Shown in pieces: positions 42,495-53,683 of a DNA stretch of 64,000 nucleotides. Source of the stretch: Auanema rhodensis (lineage: Eukaryota; Animalia; Nematoda); the NCBI GenBank assembly GCA_964057225.1, contig OZ059897.1, positions 6,138,001 to 6,202,000 on the forward strand, written 5' to 3'. The position numbers and the translations under genes were made by a program. Numbering within the stretch: position 1 is the first letter of the stretch; the number at the start of each line of letters is the position of its first letter. The notes beneath the pieces are model-generated. The model saw only the letters and a list, made by a program, of their open reading frames with translations. It ran no database searches and was not told the origin of the DNA.

Positions 42495-43518
42495 AGTAGA
42501 GAGCCGTGCAAAATTTACTAACCACGCCCCCAAACAGCTGTCAAAAACATACTTTTGGGGGCGTCAGCTGCTAAAAACATACTTTTGGGGAGCGTCAGCT
42601 GTCAAAAACATATTTTTGAGCGTCAGCTGTTAAAATCATATTTTGGGATCATGGTTCATGGATTCTCCTTTTTTAAATTTAAAAATCATGATTTAAAGCA
42701 TGATTTTTTTTTAAATCAAATTTAAATATGCGTTTTCAAATGTATGTATATATTTTTAATTATTTTTAAATATATTAAGTAAAAATAAAAATCTTAATTT
42801 TAAATATTTAAATTATATTTAAATTTTATATATATATATAAATTATATTTAAACTTTAAATATTTAAATTATATATAAATTTTATATATATAAATTATAT
42901 TTAAACTTTAAATTTTATATATAAATTATATTTAAATATTTAAATATGTAAATTTGTTTTTAAATTTTATTTATTTCTTTATTTCTTTATTATATTTATT
43001 AATAATGTTTGTTTACTTATTTTGTTTATTTTTTATTGTATTGTGTTTGTATTGTTTTTATTTTAAAGAAAATAAAATTTTTGCATGTAGATAATTTTGT
43101 TCACCGTACTTGTTATGGGTAATTCAATGGAACACATATTGAAAGTTAATTCGATAAGAACGATATGAAATACCAAAATTTAATGGAACACATATCGAAG
43201 GTTAATTCGATAAGAACGATATGAAATACCAAAATTTAATGGAACACATATCGAAAGTTAATTCGATAAGAACGATATGAAATACAAATTTAATGGAACA
43301 CATATCGAAAGTTAATTCGATAAGAACGACATTAAATTATTAATTTTTGAAATTACAAATTGTTATTAATTATATTTATTCTAACAAGTAAAGGTTTCAA
43401 ATTATAATAAAAGATTAGTTTTAAACTTTATTTTACTAATATAACAATACAATAACTAAATAGAGCACACATTGAAGGTAAATACAATAAGATTAACAAA
43501 CAGTTGCGCTGACCTCAA
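42495..43518 (+). repeat. Maverick left TIR (1024 bp)
   Basis: Reverse complement of 57240-58265. Contains ~30-bp CAGCTG-anchored repeats (42535-42645), an AT-only tract and 56-bp repeats (43126-43329). Confidence 0.95.
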
Positions 43519-43725
43519 TGAAACGCATAAAGTTAATTTAATAAGAACTAATAACAAAAATTAATCCGATGGGGACAATAAAAACAGATGTATTCAATAA
43601 GCTTATTTATTTTAAAGTTTATCGCAACTGCTAGTTTTGACAGCTGTACCCAAATCCATGTTACATAACAAATTACAATGCCAACAGCAATGTGTAGACT
43701 GATATATTCATTATATCAAGGTACA

Positions 43726-46700
43726 ATGGCTGCTAATAGGTTGTGTCTTTTTGATTATTTGTTTGTAAACTTTTTCTTTTTTCAGTTATAAACGTTTATG
43801 TGAAGAGCTAGGATTTGATTATGAAGAGATTAATCAGCTCAGGTAATTTAACAATACTTTGAATCTTTATATATATTTTGTTTTTTAGTAAACGTATAAA
43901 GTTTACCGAGGCTGGTGGGATCGAGCTCTGTGAGCCCACATCACCCACTTTTAACAGTGGGCCCTCATCATCAAGGGTTATTGAAGTAATAACCTTGGAT
44001 GACAGTGATGAGTAAGCGATATTAAAAATTATAACAATTAGTTTTTTCTTTTTAAGAGAATGGGATCCCGCTACCCCATCAACCAGTGGAGGGCAAGTCG
44101 GATATGGAGCGGCTTTTAACGATGTCTGTAAAATAGAGGTGCGATCTTTTATTTACATATCATTTCATAATATATCTTTTGAAACATGAAATTTTCTCTT
44201 TCTCCAGTTGCATATTTTGAAAACATTTTGAAATTTATTTCTCTTTTTCAATTGCATTCATAAAATTCTCTCTCTCTCATCTTTACATTTCATCTCAATC
44301 TATATCTTTTATCAAACAAATTGCAAGTATTTTGAAATTTACATATTCATTCTTTTGAACAGCATTCATTTTAAAATCTTTACATTTCATCTCACTATCT
44401 ATCTATCTTTCCTCATCTATCTTTCTTTCAACCAATTTTGAATTCTTACAAATTATAAATATTTCAAACATTTTGAACTAGTAAAATAATAAAACACAAT
44501 CTTGACCTTTTCATTTATTTTTAAACATTAACAAATGTTTATAAAAGAAAAAACTTTATATTTAAAAATCAAATGCCATTTATTTTTAATAAAAGAATAT
44601 AAAGATAATTTAAAGAAAAGTAAATTTATTAAAAGTTATAAACAAAAATTATTTATATTTAAATTAAAAGCGTATAACCATTATAAAAAGTGTGTATTAT
44701 AGTGGTCACACCGACGCATAAAACGCACTGGTCGGTTTACCAACGTGGTCGTTAGATCGCTCACGTTCCCACATTTGGAAAACATTAATGAGCCAATGCA
44801 TGTTGTCATGCCGCGGCTATTTAATGAGTTTCTTGATCGGTGCCTTGCTGAAAGTGGTGTGCCAGATAAACAAAAAGCACTATTTTGTTTATCAATAGAG
44901 CACCCATCCTTTGAAAAGGGATCCATATTTATGGATTTCCGTAGAAGGGAGCATTTGGATGGCGTTGCCATCATGAATGCCATCAGCAAGGTACAGCAAT
45001 CAAAGCGAGAGGCTGTAATTAGCCAGGCAATGAACATTGAAATGTATGTGTTTGATGAGAGACCAGTGCAGCCAAGCCTGATGCCTGGTGAAGGTAGAGT
45101 TGGTTTCTATTTTGATGCCGAACTCAAGATACCTGGCACAATTGAGAACACTGATACACATTGCCTGGCTAGAGCAGCAGTTGTGGGAATGTGGAGAGCC
45201 GATGAAGAGGCAGCAGAAGATGTTGTTGAGAAGCGGAGGATTCAAAATCTTCGTCGCAACTACATCTTGTTGCCAAATCAACCACATCATATCAATTTAT
45301 TGAATAGGTGTGGTATTTCTGTACATTTACCAAATTATAATTTGAACCATTTAAATATTATTGCAAGTTGTAATACAGACTATAAGTTTGTAGTATACGC
45401 TAGGCCACCTGGACAGCGTATGTACGCTATTCAGCGTATCTTTAATGAAACGGCTAGCAAAGTGGTAACACTAGGCTACCGAAATAATCATTATGACTGT
45501 ATTACAACTTGTAGTAGATCACAGATTTTTGATGGTATTATATGCCAACACTGTAAATTATCTTACAAAACAGTGTTGCATAGATGTAAAGCCAAGTGTA
45601 AGAAATGCCACACCTTAAAATGTAATTCGATGGAAAATGTGGTTGAGAGTAGCATAAGATGTGATAGTTGTAGAGTTTTGTTCAAAACTCGTCAATGCTT
45701 TGACAGGCATATTAGAAAAACATGTCGAATGTTTAAGGTAATTTAAAAAATATATATAAAATTTTACAAGACTAAATTCAGACATGTGAAAACTGTGATC
45801 ATTATCACAGAGTACGTGCTGATAGACCGCACAATTGCAATGAGAAATTTTGCAAAAAGTGTGGGCAAACAAAGCCTGAAGATCATTCTTGTTGTTGGGT
45901 ACCACCTAACGACAAGAAGAAGGATCAGTTAAAAAAGAGGCAAGAAAAATACAAGGTTTGTATTTTACATCTTTACAAGTGTAATGCTTACTTGTTTAAG
46001 ATTATATTCTATGACTTTGAAACGGTTGTGTTAAAAAACGGTACAAATGTTCATGAATATGCAGATGAACAATGGCCCAATATGGTTGTGTATAATAAAT
46101 TTTGTGAAAGTTGTATAGATGCCAATTCATGTGAAAAATGCACAACCAAGGAGGGCCATTTTGGGTACCAACAAGGTGATAGTGAATGGTCTGTAACAGA
46201 TCGTTTCCTTGATTGGTTACTCAACTCTGTTGAGAATGATAATGCAATTTTGATTGCGCATAATGGTTCGCGCTTTGACATACATTTCTTGGTGTCTAGG
46301 CTGATAAACCGTGGTATATATCCTGATCCAATTTTAAATGGGACCAAGATTATAAGCATGGTTGTCAAGCCTTTAAGAGGTCAAAAATTTAATCATTTAT
46401 ATTTTAAAGATAGTTATTTATTAGTGCCTTTACCCCTATCAGCGTTACCCAAGGCATTTGGTGTACCTGATATGAGTAAAGGACAGTTTCCTTACCTCTA
46501 TAATCACCCAATAAATTATGGCAAAGTGTTGCCATCTTTACCACCAAAACAGTACTATTGTACTGCTAGAATGAAAGCAGAAGACCTAGCTTCATTCGAT
46601 ATTTGGTATGAAGAGCGTAATCAAAGAGCGTTTGATTTTGATGAAGAGCTTTTGGAATATTGTAGGACAGATGTCCGTATTTTAACCAACTGTATGAAAG

Positions 46701-48930
46701 TTTACATGAAGTTGGCAACCGCCACCACTGGCTGGAACCCTGTCATACAATGTATGACATTTGCCAGTTTCTCTTTATTCCAGGCAAGTTTTTTAAAATA
46801 CAAGCATTTTCAAAACTAGTATATTACAGTTGAAAATGAATCACATTAAAGAGAACCAAGTGGGTATTCTGCCCGAGACTGGTTATTATGCCGGTCAAAA
46901 GCAGAGTATAATAGCCATAAAGTATATAAAATGGCTAGAACAAGGATTGGGCCACCCATTAATGCATAAGCTTAATGGTGGCGAATTTGCAGTGAGAGTA
47001 GATGGCCATCGCTATCTACTCGATGCTTATGACCCCGTTGCCAATCATGGCTATGAGGTGAGTAATTTGTAATAAATGTAAAAAATGCAAATTTTTGTAG
47101 ATTAATGGTTGCATTTACCATGGTTGCCCCCAGTGCACCAACAAGAGCGCTATAGCACCAGGCAGAAATGGTGAAACAATGGAAGAGGTAATTGTGACAT
47201 TTTTAATCATTTTAATTTTTAAAATTTAGGTTTATGATAAAACCATGAAAAGGCTTGAAGCAATTCAAAGCCAAGGCATTAGTGTTACCACAGTGTGGGA
47301 GCACGAAATTAATGCTCAAATTTCGGCCAATGAAGAAATGGCGAAATTTATGCGTGAAACAAATGTTGTTACACGCTTGGCACCTAGAGATGCCTTTACC
47401 GGTGGCCGCACCCAGACATATAAGCTTTTGGCACAAGCTTCGGATAGATACTCGCTCGAGTATGTGGACTTTTGTTCACTATATCCATATGTCACAGCCT
47501 TTGATGCCTATTACCCTGTAGGTAATCCCAAAGTTATTACTGAGGGTTTCAAAAGCTTTGAGACATGTTGCCCATACAAGGGGCTAGTAAAATGTGACGT
47601 GCTTGCACCCACAAATTTGCTGTACCCTGTATTAGGCACACGTATTGGCGGTAAACTTATTTTTACAAACTGCCGCACTTGTGCAGTCAAAAGTAAAAAT
47701 GTAACATGTGAGCACCAGAATGATGTAAATGCTAGAAAGCTGCATCTAACTGTGACACATGTTGAGCTCGAGTGTGCCATACAACGTGGCTATAAAGTGC
47801 TTAATGTGCATGAGGTGTGGCACTGGGAAGAATGGCAACAAGGCGGCCTGTTTAAAGAATTTGTACAAAAGTACATAAAAATTAAACAAGAGGCGTCGGG
47901 CTGGCCAAAGCCAAACATGACAGAGGAAGAAAAGGTATGTTTTAATAAAAGTATCACATTAAATAGAATTTTACAGGTGATTTATCTCCAAGAGCACGAG
48001 GAGAACACTGGTGTTGCTCTGGAGAGCAATAAAATTGAAAAGAATGCTGCCATGCGTAGCATTGCCAAACTGCAGCTAAATAGGTTTGTAAACTTTTTAA
48101 AAACAATACATTACAAATTTGCTTATAGTGTCTGGGGTAAAATGGGTCAAAGACCAGATAAAGCCCAAACCAAGATTATTGGTGTTGAGGACCCAGAAAT
48201 TGGTAGGATCATTACTGATCCTGCAAGGGAACTCACCGGGTTCAAAATTGTGGATAATGTAGCGTACTGCACAACAGTACCAGAGGATTCACATTTGGCA
48301 CCACCGCCTTTTACAAATGTAGCTATTGCGGCCTATACAACCGCTCATGCAAGGCTACTATTGTATAAGGCAATGGAGAAAATTGGAAAGAATTTGGTGT
48401 ATACAGGTAATTTTATACTTTGTATTCAATTTAAACTTACATTATTTAGACACGGATTCTCTAATTTATCAAAGATGCCTAGATGAGCCAGATCCAATTG
48501 AGGATATGAAGGGTGAATGGTTAGGTAAACTAACCTCTGAAATACCCGATGGTTGGTCAATGACCAAGTTTGTGTCACCAGCGGCAAAAGTTTATAGTTA
48601 TAAACTTGTAAATGCAGCTGGTGATGTAAAATATGTAACAAAGGCAAAGGGAGTGGTAAGTACGAGCTTTGACTTTTCAAATAATTTTATAATTTTCAGA
48701 CGTTGGACCACACGGCAGCGTCAGTGGTAAACTTTGAAAGTATGGAGCGACTGGTTCGCGGACTCGTTATGGATGGAGAAAAATTGGTTTTAAAAACCAA
48801 TACGACATTGTTAAAGAGGCAACTCGGTGCCATATCCACAATGGATATGACAAAAAGTACTAGAGTCGTAATGGATAAACTTTGTTATCTTCAAGATTAT
48901 AGTACTTTACCCTACGGTTATTGTGTTTAA
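43726..48930 (+). CDS. polB: Protein-primed family B DNA polymerase, 14 exons, ~1369 aa (exons 43726-43739, 43786-43842, 43889-44011, 44057-44138, 44703-45737, 45782-45955, 46001-46783, 46830-47057, 47101-47187, 47230-47934, 47977-48083, 48129-48406, 48450-48655, 48700-48930)
   Basis: Splicing restores ExoI YDFET, ExoII AHNGSRFD, ExoIII YCRTDV, motif A DFCSLYP, motif B KLQLNSVWGK, motif C YTDTDS and KAKGVTL. It also gives an OTU-like DTHC..HYD, a Cys-rich region and a VSR-like insert (LLDAYD..YEINGCIYHGC). All phases are consistent. Exons 1-4 are less certain than exons 5-14. Confidence 0.93.
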
Positions 48931-49068
48931 TATATTTGAATTTATAAATTTTTATCTTGTATATATTTGTATTTATAAAATTTTATCATTGTACATGTAT
49001 TTATTTTTAAAAATAGTTGTATTAATAAATTTTATTCTTAAATCTTTTAAAGAATTTTATTACATACA

Positions 49069-50403
49069 TTACAAACTGGTATCAATATATGGAGCACGAT
49101 TGTTGTCAATTGAAAGAATAGAGTCATACTCTGCATAAACAATTGCATATAAGCCCTCTTGCGGCGTTTGTTGACCAAATTCCAATTTCAAGGCTACATT
49201 ACCTTGTCGTATAACATCAAATAACTCTGACGAATGCACAGTAGGACTAATATCAAATACAAAAAATGTGAAACCAGCTTTATACATTGCTGGTGTAATA
49301 CCATTGGATGAATCTGTACGACCAAGTCCCAAACCTTCCAGCATGTCAATATATGCTGTGGCATAGGAAGATCGCCATTCTAAATTATAAGGACGGGTAG
49401 GTATTACCCTATTGTTGAGCGTCAAGTATATATTTTTCAAATCAAACGGTTTAAAGTTGAATGGCGAATGTTTAAAAGTACCATTATAAGCGTGTGCGCC
49501 GACAAGACCTACTACAACACGTTTTGGTGTATGAGACGTGAATAATATATTATTAGGTGAATCCAAGCGGCCTCCTTCTATGAAATAAGAGCGCATTTTC
49601 ACTGATGTCATGGGGTAGTGTATTCGATCCTTTGCGAGTTTATCTTCTATAGCCATAGCTAATCCAGCGTTTAGATCAAACTCTTGAATGAGCAAATGTA
49701 CATCGCTGATATCTACTTTCAAATTTGGAAACTCCTCCTTTAATGTAGTATCCTTGTTTTCATTATTCCAGCCTAGAGTGTCAATTAAAAAGTTATCACG
49801 GTTTGGATATGCAGTTAGCTCCATTTTTGAATAGTTTACAAACAGTCGCTCTTGATTAAATAGGTCGATACTGACGGGAGCAGCCATCTCACACAATATG
49901 CCATTTTTTACAAGCGCTTGACGCGTTCTAAATCCAGCACTGGATGCATTATCTATATATCTATCAGCATAATATCCTGATATGGCAAGTTTGCTCTCTT
50001 TAACATCGTTGCTATACATTAAAATATTCTCGATATATGTTTTATAGGCATGATTCACGGTAGAGTCATACACGCTAACATCGCCAATTTTCAAATGATA
50101 CGAATGTATTAAACTGGCAGCAAATTGTTGACATGGTGCAAAAACAAGGTTGTCTGGTACTGGATCACCGTTTGTGGTTACAATTTTAAATTTTACATTC
50201 AACCAACATCTTCTCAGATTGAGGAATGATTTGGAATTTTGAGCTATAACAAATTCCCATGGTCCTTGAGGAAGAAAAGTATTTTTCAAAGGGACTTGTA
50301 CAGTACGAGTAGACTCTACACCTAATGCCGACGCAGGTATATCACCATAGTTGATATTAGGTAAAAGGGCTTGTGCTGATTTTGAATCTATCAATTTAGC
50401 CAT
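49069..50403 (-). CDS. Major capsid protein (double jelly-roll, Polinton PY type), 444 aa
   Basis: Polinton MCP-like motifs GPWEF, HAYKTYIENILMYS, PKRVVVGLV, SPFNF, VYAEYD; expected size. Confidence 0.92.
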   Translation of the reverse strand: MAKLIDSKSAQALLPNINYGDIPASALGVESTRTVQVPLKNTFLPQGPWEFVIAQNSKSFLNLRRCWLNVKFKIVTTNGDPVPDNLVFAPCQQFAASLIHSYHLKIGDVSVYDSTVNHAYKTYIENILMYSNDVKESKLAISGYYADRYIDNASSAGFRTRQALVKNGILCEMAAPVSIDLFNQERLFVNYSKMELTAYPNRDNFLIDTLGWNNENKDTTLKEEFPNLKVDISDVHLLIQEFDLNAGLAMAIEDKLAKDRIHYPMTSVKMRSYFIEGGRLDSPNNILFTSHTPKRVVVGLVGAHAYNGTFKHSPFNFKPFDLKNIYLTLNNRVIPTRPYNLEWRSSYATAYIDMLEGLGLGRTDSSNGITPAMYKAGFTFFVFDISPTVHSSELFDVIRQGNVALKLEFGQQTPQEGLYAIVYAEYDSILSIDNNRAPYIDTSL

Positions 50404-50856
50404 TTAAATGTGAAACGACCGCTCACGAGTGATGCACAACCGCTTATGAGGTTTTGTGGTTTTGCGTCGTCGCCGTTTGCCCAAGCCGGTAAGATCTCGT
50501 ATAGCTTGCCGGCCGGCTGTTTTAAGAGTTTCCTTGATATTATCGCCTTTCAGCACCCCATTAACAATTTCATTACCAGTTTTCAGCAACTGTCCGCCAA
50601 GAGGTGAATTTACAACTGGACTATTGCTTACAGCACTGGATAAGGCGTTTCTTCCGGCATTGATGAGATTTTGGGCTATAGGTGATTGAATGATGCGTGG
50701 TAGAAATGATGCCAAAGTTGCCAAAATACCACCCAAACCATGACCCCTCTGCATTCCACGTTGAAACATCATTCCGCTAAATGGGGCGCCACCCATTTGT
50801 TGATTTAAAAGTGTTGTCCATTGAATAGAGTTGACATCCAAAAGGAGGTGTGGCAT
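50404..50856 (-). CDS. Small virion core / membrane-active protein with protease-site-like motifs (~150 aa)
   Basis: QRGHGLGGILATL amphipathic segment and basic KRRRRK tail. Lies immediately upstream of MCP, as in other Polintons. First ATG at 50856. Confidence 0.75.
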   Translation of the reverse strand: MPHLLLDVNSIQWTTLLNQQMGGAPFSGMMFQRGMQRGHGLGGILATLASFLPRIIQSPIAQNLINAGRNALSSAVSNSPVVNSPLGGQLLKTGNEIVNGVLKGDNIKETLKTAGRQAIRDLTGLGKRRRRKTTKPHKRLCITRERSFHI

Positions 50857-50907
50857 ATCGAACCGCACGCGCGCAATACAAAAGTTACACTAGATCATTC
50901 TACTAAA

Positions 50908-51363
50908 ATGTATTCGTCTGAAATAGTATCACTATTGCAATCTGTACCCAGCACTCGGAAACTATTCCTCGGTGTATATAGCGCTGATACTCTACCCAAA
51001 ACGCGTCGTAAAAACTTTGCACTTGTCGTAAATACTGACACACATGATAAGCCAGGCACACATTGGCAGGTCATCTTTGTCCGTAACAAGCAAGCCTATT
51101 TTTTCTGTAGCTTGGGATATAAAATGAACAAGTACATTCAAAATTATCTGGCCAAATATAAAAAGGTAAAAATTAATACTTGCAAACCACAACGTTTAAT
51201 TGAATACACTTGTGGTGGCTATGTGGTATTTGTAATACTAATGTTGTCGGCTGGTAATTCATTTGAAAGCATTTGTTCATTTTTTAAACTATTGAAAAAT
51301 GATGATGTCTTTATTAAAGCGTTTATGCATAAAGTATTCGACTATAAATTGGCTACTATATAA
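50908..51363 (+). CDS. Adenain-like cysteine maturation protease (~151 aa)
   Basis: VNTD..PGTHW (catalytic His) and Q....TCGGY (catalytic Cys). First ATG at 50908. Confidence 0.92.
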   Translation: MYSSEIVSLLQSVPSTRKLFLGVYSADTLPKTRRKNFALVVNTDTHDKPGTHWQVIFVRNKQAYFFCSLGYKMNKYIQNYLAKYKKVKINTCKPQRLIEYTCGGYVVFVILMLSAGNSFESICSFFKLLKNDDVFIKAFMHKVFDYKLATI

Positions 51364-51404
51364 GAAATTTGTCATTAATAACCTGCTACATTACGTGGTC
51401 AGTT

Positions 51405-51575
51405 ATGAATATTCCTTGTCACTGTGAATTATGTGTCAAATACACGTTGGAGCAATCTAAACCAGCGCCTTTATACAGGAGAATGTTGAAATGTATTTCA
51501 GTGCCATTTATTAAAGGTATAGCATTGGGATTGGGCTTTTGTACAACACTAGTCATATTATTGCTCATTATATAA
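51405..51575 (+). CDS. Small Cys-containing protein with a C-terminal transmembrane segment (56 aa)
   Basis: MNIPCHCELC...IALGLGFCTTLVILLLII. Fills the gap between the protease and zinc-finger genes and is preceded by the GYGGTY motif. Confidence 0.55.
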   Translation: MNIPCHCELCVKYTLEQSKPAPLYRRMLKCISVPFIKGIALGLGFCTTLVILLLII

Positions 51576-51616
51576 AAGTGGGTTGATTGCGTGTGGTCGT
51601 TTTTCATTTTCCTCTA

Positions 51617-52081
51617 ATGGAACTTTTATGTAACAAATATTGTGGTACATGCAAGGAAATATTTTCTTCAACCAAGCATTTTAGTGATCACGTTTTGAAA
51701 AGACATGCAGGGATTCAACCCATATGTAACAATTATATCAGCAATGCTGAGTTTATTCAAAAATATGGACATTTGGATGGTGTTCGTAGACGTTTGTGCC
51801 CTCATTGTAGTGAAACTTTTGGAACAAGATTCAATTGTGAGCGTCATATTCGGCGTATTCATAATAATAATGGAACGAATGGTGAAGATGGTGATGGAAA
51901 TGATACCAGCAAACCCTTTGAAAAAGCTGAGGAGTTTGTACATTCAACCCAATCAAAAAGATGCCGCAGCAATAGTGACGGAGAACATTCACAACACGAG
52001 CCGAGCGACAAACAAAACTGCCCTAAACTATCTTTTAAACCTTCGAAAATAAAAATGTGGTATTGTATAACTGTTGAATAA
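51617..52081 (+). CDS. C2H2 zinc-finger protein (154 aa)
   Basis: Two fingers: CGTC-x12-HVLKRH and CPHC-x12-HIRRIH. Confidence 0.8.
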   Translation: MELLCNKYCGTCKEIFSSTKHFSDHVLKRHAGIQPICNNYISNAEFIQKYGHLDGVRRRLCPHCSETFGTRFNCERHIRRIHNNNGTNGEDGDGNDTSKPFEKAEEFVHSTQSKRCRSNSDGEHSQHEPSDKQNCPKLSFKPSKIKMWYCITVE

Positions 52082-52086
52082 AACGT

Positions 52087-52944
52087 TTATTTCATATTTT
52101 TAACATGTAATGTAACAACTGTAGAACCATAATTAAATTGCATAGGACGACCAAATTCATCTAAAATTTCAATACGTATGGTATCGAGTGTTTGTCTAGT
52201 GATTGGTACATAACGAATAGGATTAAATGTTTTGGCAATCATTTTACCAAATTCAGTAGGAGGTGGTACAGGTAAACATGCAAGTAAATTAGCTTTCACA
52301 TTACCAAGAATGGAATATTCTACAATATCACAATATATATACATTGTATTAATGTTATTTGAAAAATCAATGGGACGCCTGGCTATTATTGTATCGTTGA
52401 TGTTTTTATTTTCAAAACCAAGAAAATATGCAAAATCATCACCAAGCGTTGCATTCATTAATAGTCGCTTGCTTGTTACAAACTCTATGCGCTGCAATGT
52501 TTTGTTAAACTGAAATGTGGCGTCTGCGAGCATTTCCTCCACTAGCTTAGCCTCAGCCTGGCGATTATTATACCATTTTTTTACATCTTCATCTTTATCT
52601 ATTAAACTTTTTATACGTGCTTCTTCCTCAGCTCCAAGAGGCTTTGTATTGTTGGCGATAAATGATTCTCTTCCAGCATTGATTCCGCGTATTATTTCAT
52701 CACCATTTGCATAGTTGCCTTTAGGCAAGTGTAGAATAAATTTTCTATTGGAAAAACGTAGTGTATAAGATAAATCTTTTTGAACATTTAATATAGAACA
52801 AGGAAAAATGATGTCTGTCAGCCCAATGCAATATCTATTATTGCGTAGCCTTAGTGTTTCAGGTAATCTGGTAAGAAACACTGATGATGTATTACTTTTT
52901 TCAGAGTCAACTGATGATGGAAGAGTAATGTAAAAATCATCCAT
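52087..52944 (-). CDS. Minor capsid protein (penton, Polinton PX type), 285 aa
   Basis: FYITLPS N-terminus, MYIYCDIVE, and C-terminal IRIEILDEFGRPMQF..VVTLH. Confidence 0.9.
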   Translation of the reverse strand: MDDFYITLPSSVDSEKSNTSSVFLTRLPETLRLRNNRYCIGLTDIIFPCSILNVQKDLSYTLRFSNRKFILHLPKGNYANGDEIIRGINAGRESFIANNTKPLGAEEEARIKSLIDKDEDVKKWYNNRQAEAKLVEEMLADATFQFNKTLQRIEFVTSKRLLMNATLGDDFAYFLGFENKNINDTIIARRPIDFSNNINTMYIYCDIVEYSILGNVKANLLACLPVPPPTEFGKMIAKTFNPIRYVPITRQTLDTIRIEILDEFGRPMQFNYGSTVVTLHVKNMK

Positions 52945-53023
52945 GACAAACCACCACTTGATACGTGTACACTATTGCAAATGAAATCATTTGCATTTTA
53001 GGTACATTTACGAGTGGTTGATT

Positions 53024-53671
53024 ATGGTTTTCAGCTTCAAACTACCCAGTCAGACAACTGTAATAGGTGCTACCCAATGCGGTAAAACAACCCTCATAAA
53101 GCACATATGTGAAAATACTGAAAAGTTTTTCAACGTCCCCATTGATAGAATATTCTGGTTTAGTCAATGTGGGTCATCGTCGGGTGTACCAATAAATGAT
53201 GAGCGTTTAATAATTATTCAAGGGCCTCCTGATCCTGATTTGATAAAAGAACAAAAGGGAGTAAATACTATACTAGTGCTGGATGATTTGATGAACTTTT
53301 TTTCATCGAATAAAGCAGCAAAGGAATTACTCAACAACATTTTTACAGTATGGGCTCATCACTGGAATTTGGCAGTGTTTAATCTTGTGCAAGCGGCATT
53401 TCAACTGGACAGGACCAGTCGAATCAATAGTACATATATAATACTGATGAAAAGTCATTCAGATATATTACAAATACGTAATTGTCTGCAGCAATTATTT
53501 GGGCCACGTTTCAAAAATGCTCTAGAGGCGTATGATGATGCAATGTCTACTCCCTATAGTCATTTACTGATTGACAATCATCCTTTAACAAGTGAGAAGC
53601 AGCGTATACTATCTGATATAACAGCGGAGAACCCTATTGTTTATGTTGCCAGAAATGTGTTTAGTGTTTAA
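53024..53671 (+). CDS. A32/FtsK-like genome-packaging ATPase (~215 aa)
   Basis: Walker A GATQCGKT, Walker B LVLDD, and HH..NLVQ motif. Confidence 0.93.
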   Translation: MVFSFKLPSQTTVIGATQCGKTTLIKHICENTEKFFNVPIDRIFWFSQCGSSSGVPINDERLIIIQGPPDPDLIKEQKGVNTILVLDDLMNFFSSNKAAKELLNNIFTVWAHHWNLAVFNLVQAAFQLDRTSRINSTYIILMKSHSDILQIRNCLQQLFGPRFKNALEAYDDAMSTPYSHLLIDNHPLTSEKQRILSDITAENPIVYVARNVFSV

Positions 53672-53683
53672 AGTGCTTGTTCA

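Noticed and set aside
44745-48930. pPolB as a frameshifted pseudogene or as six separate genes
   Set aside because: Every break coincides with a 42-46 nt intron whose removal restores the frame and the catalytic motifs.
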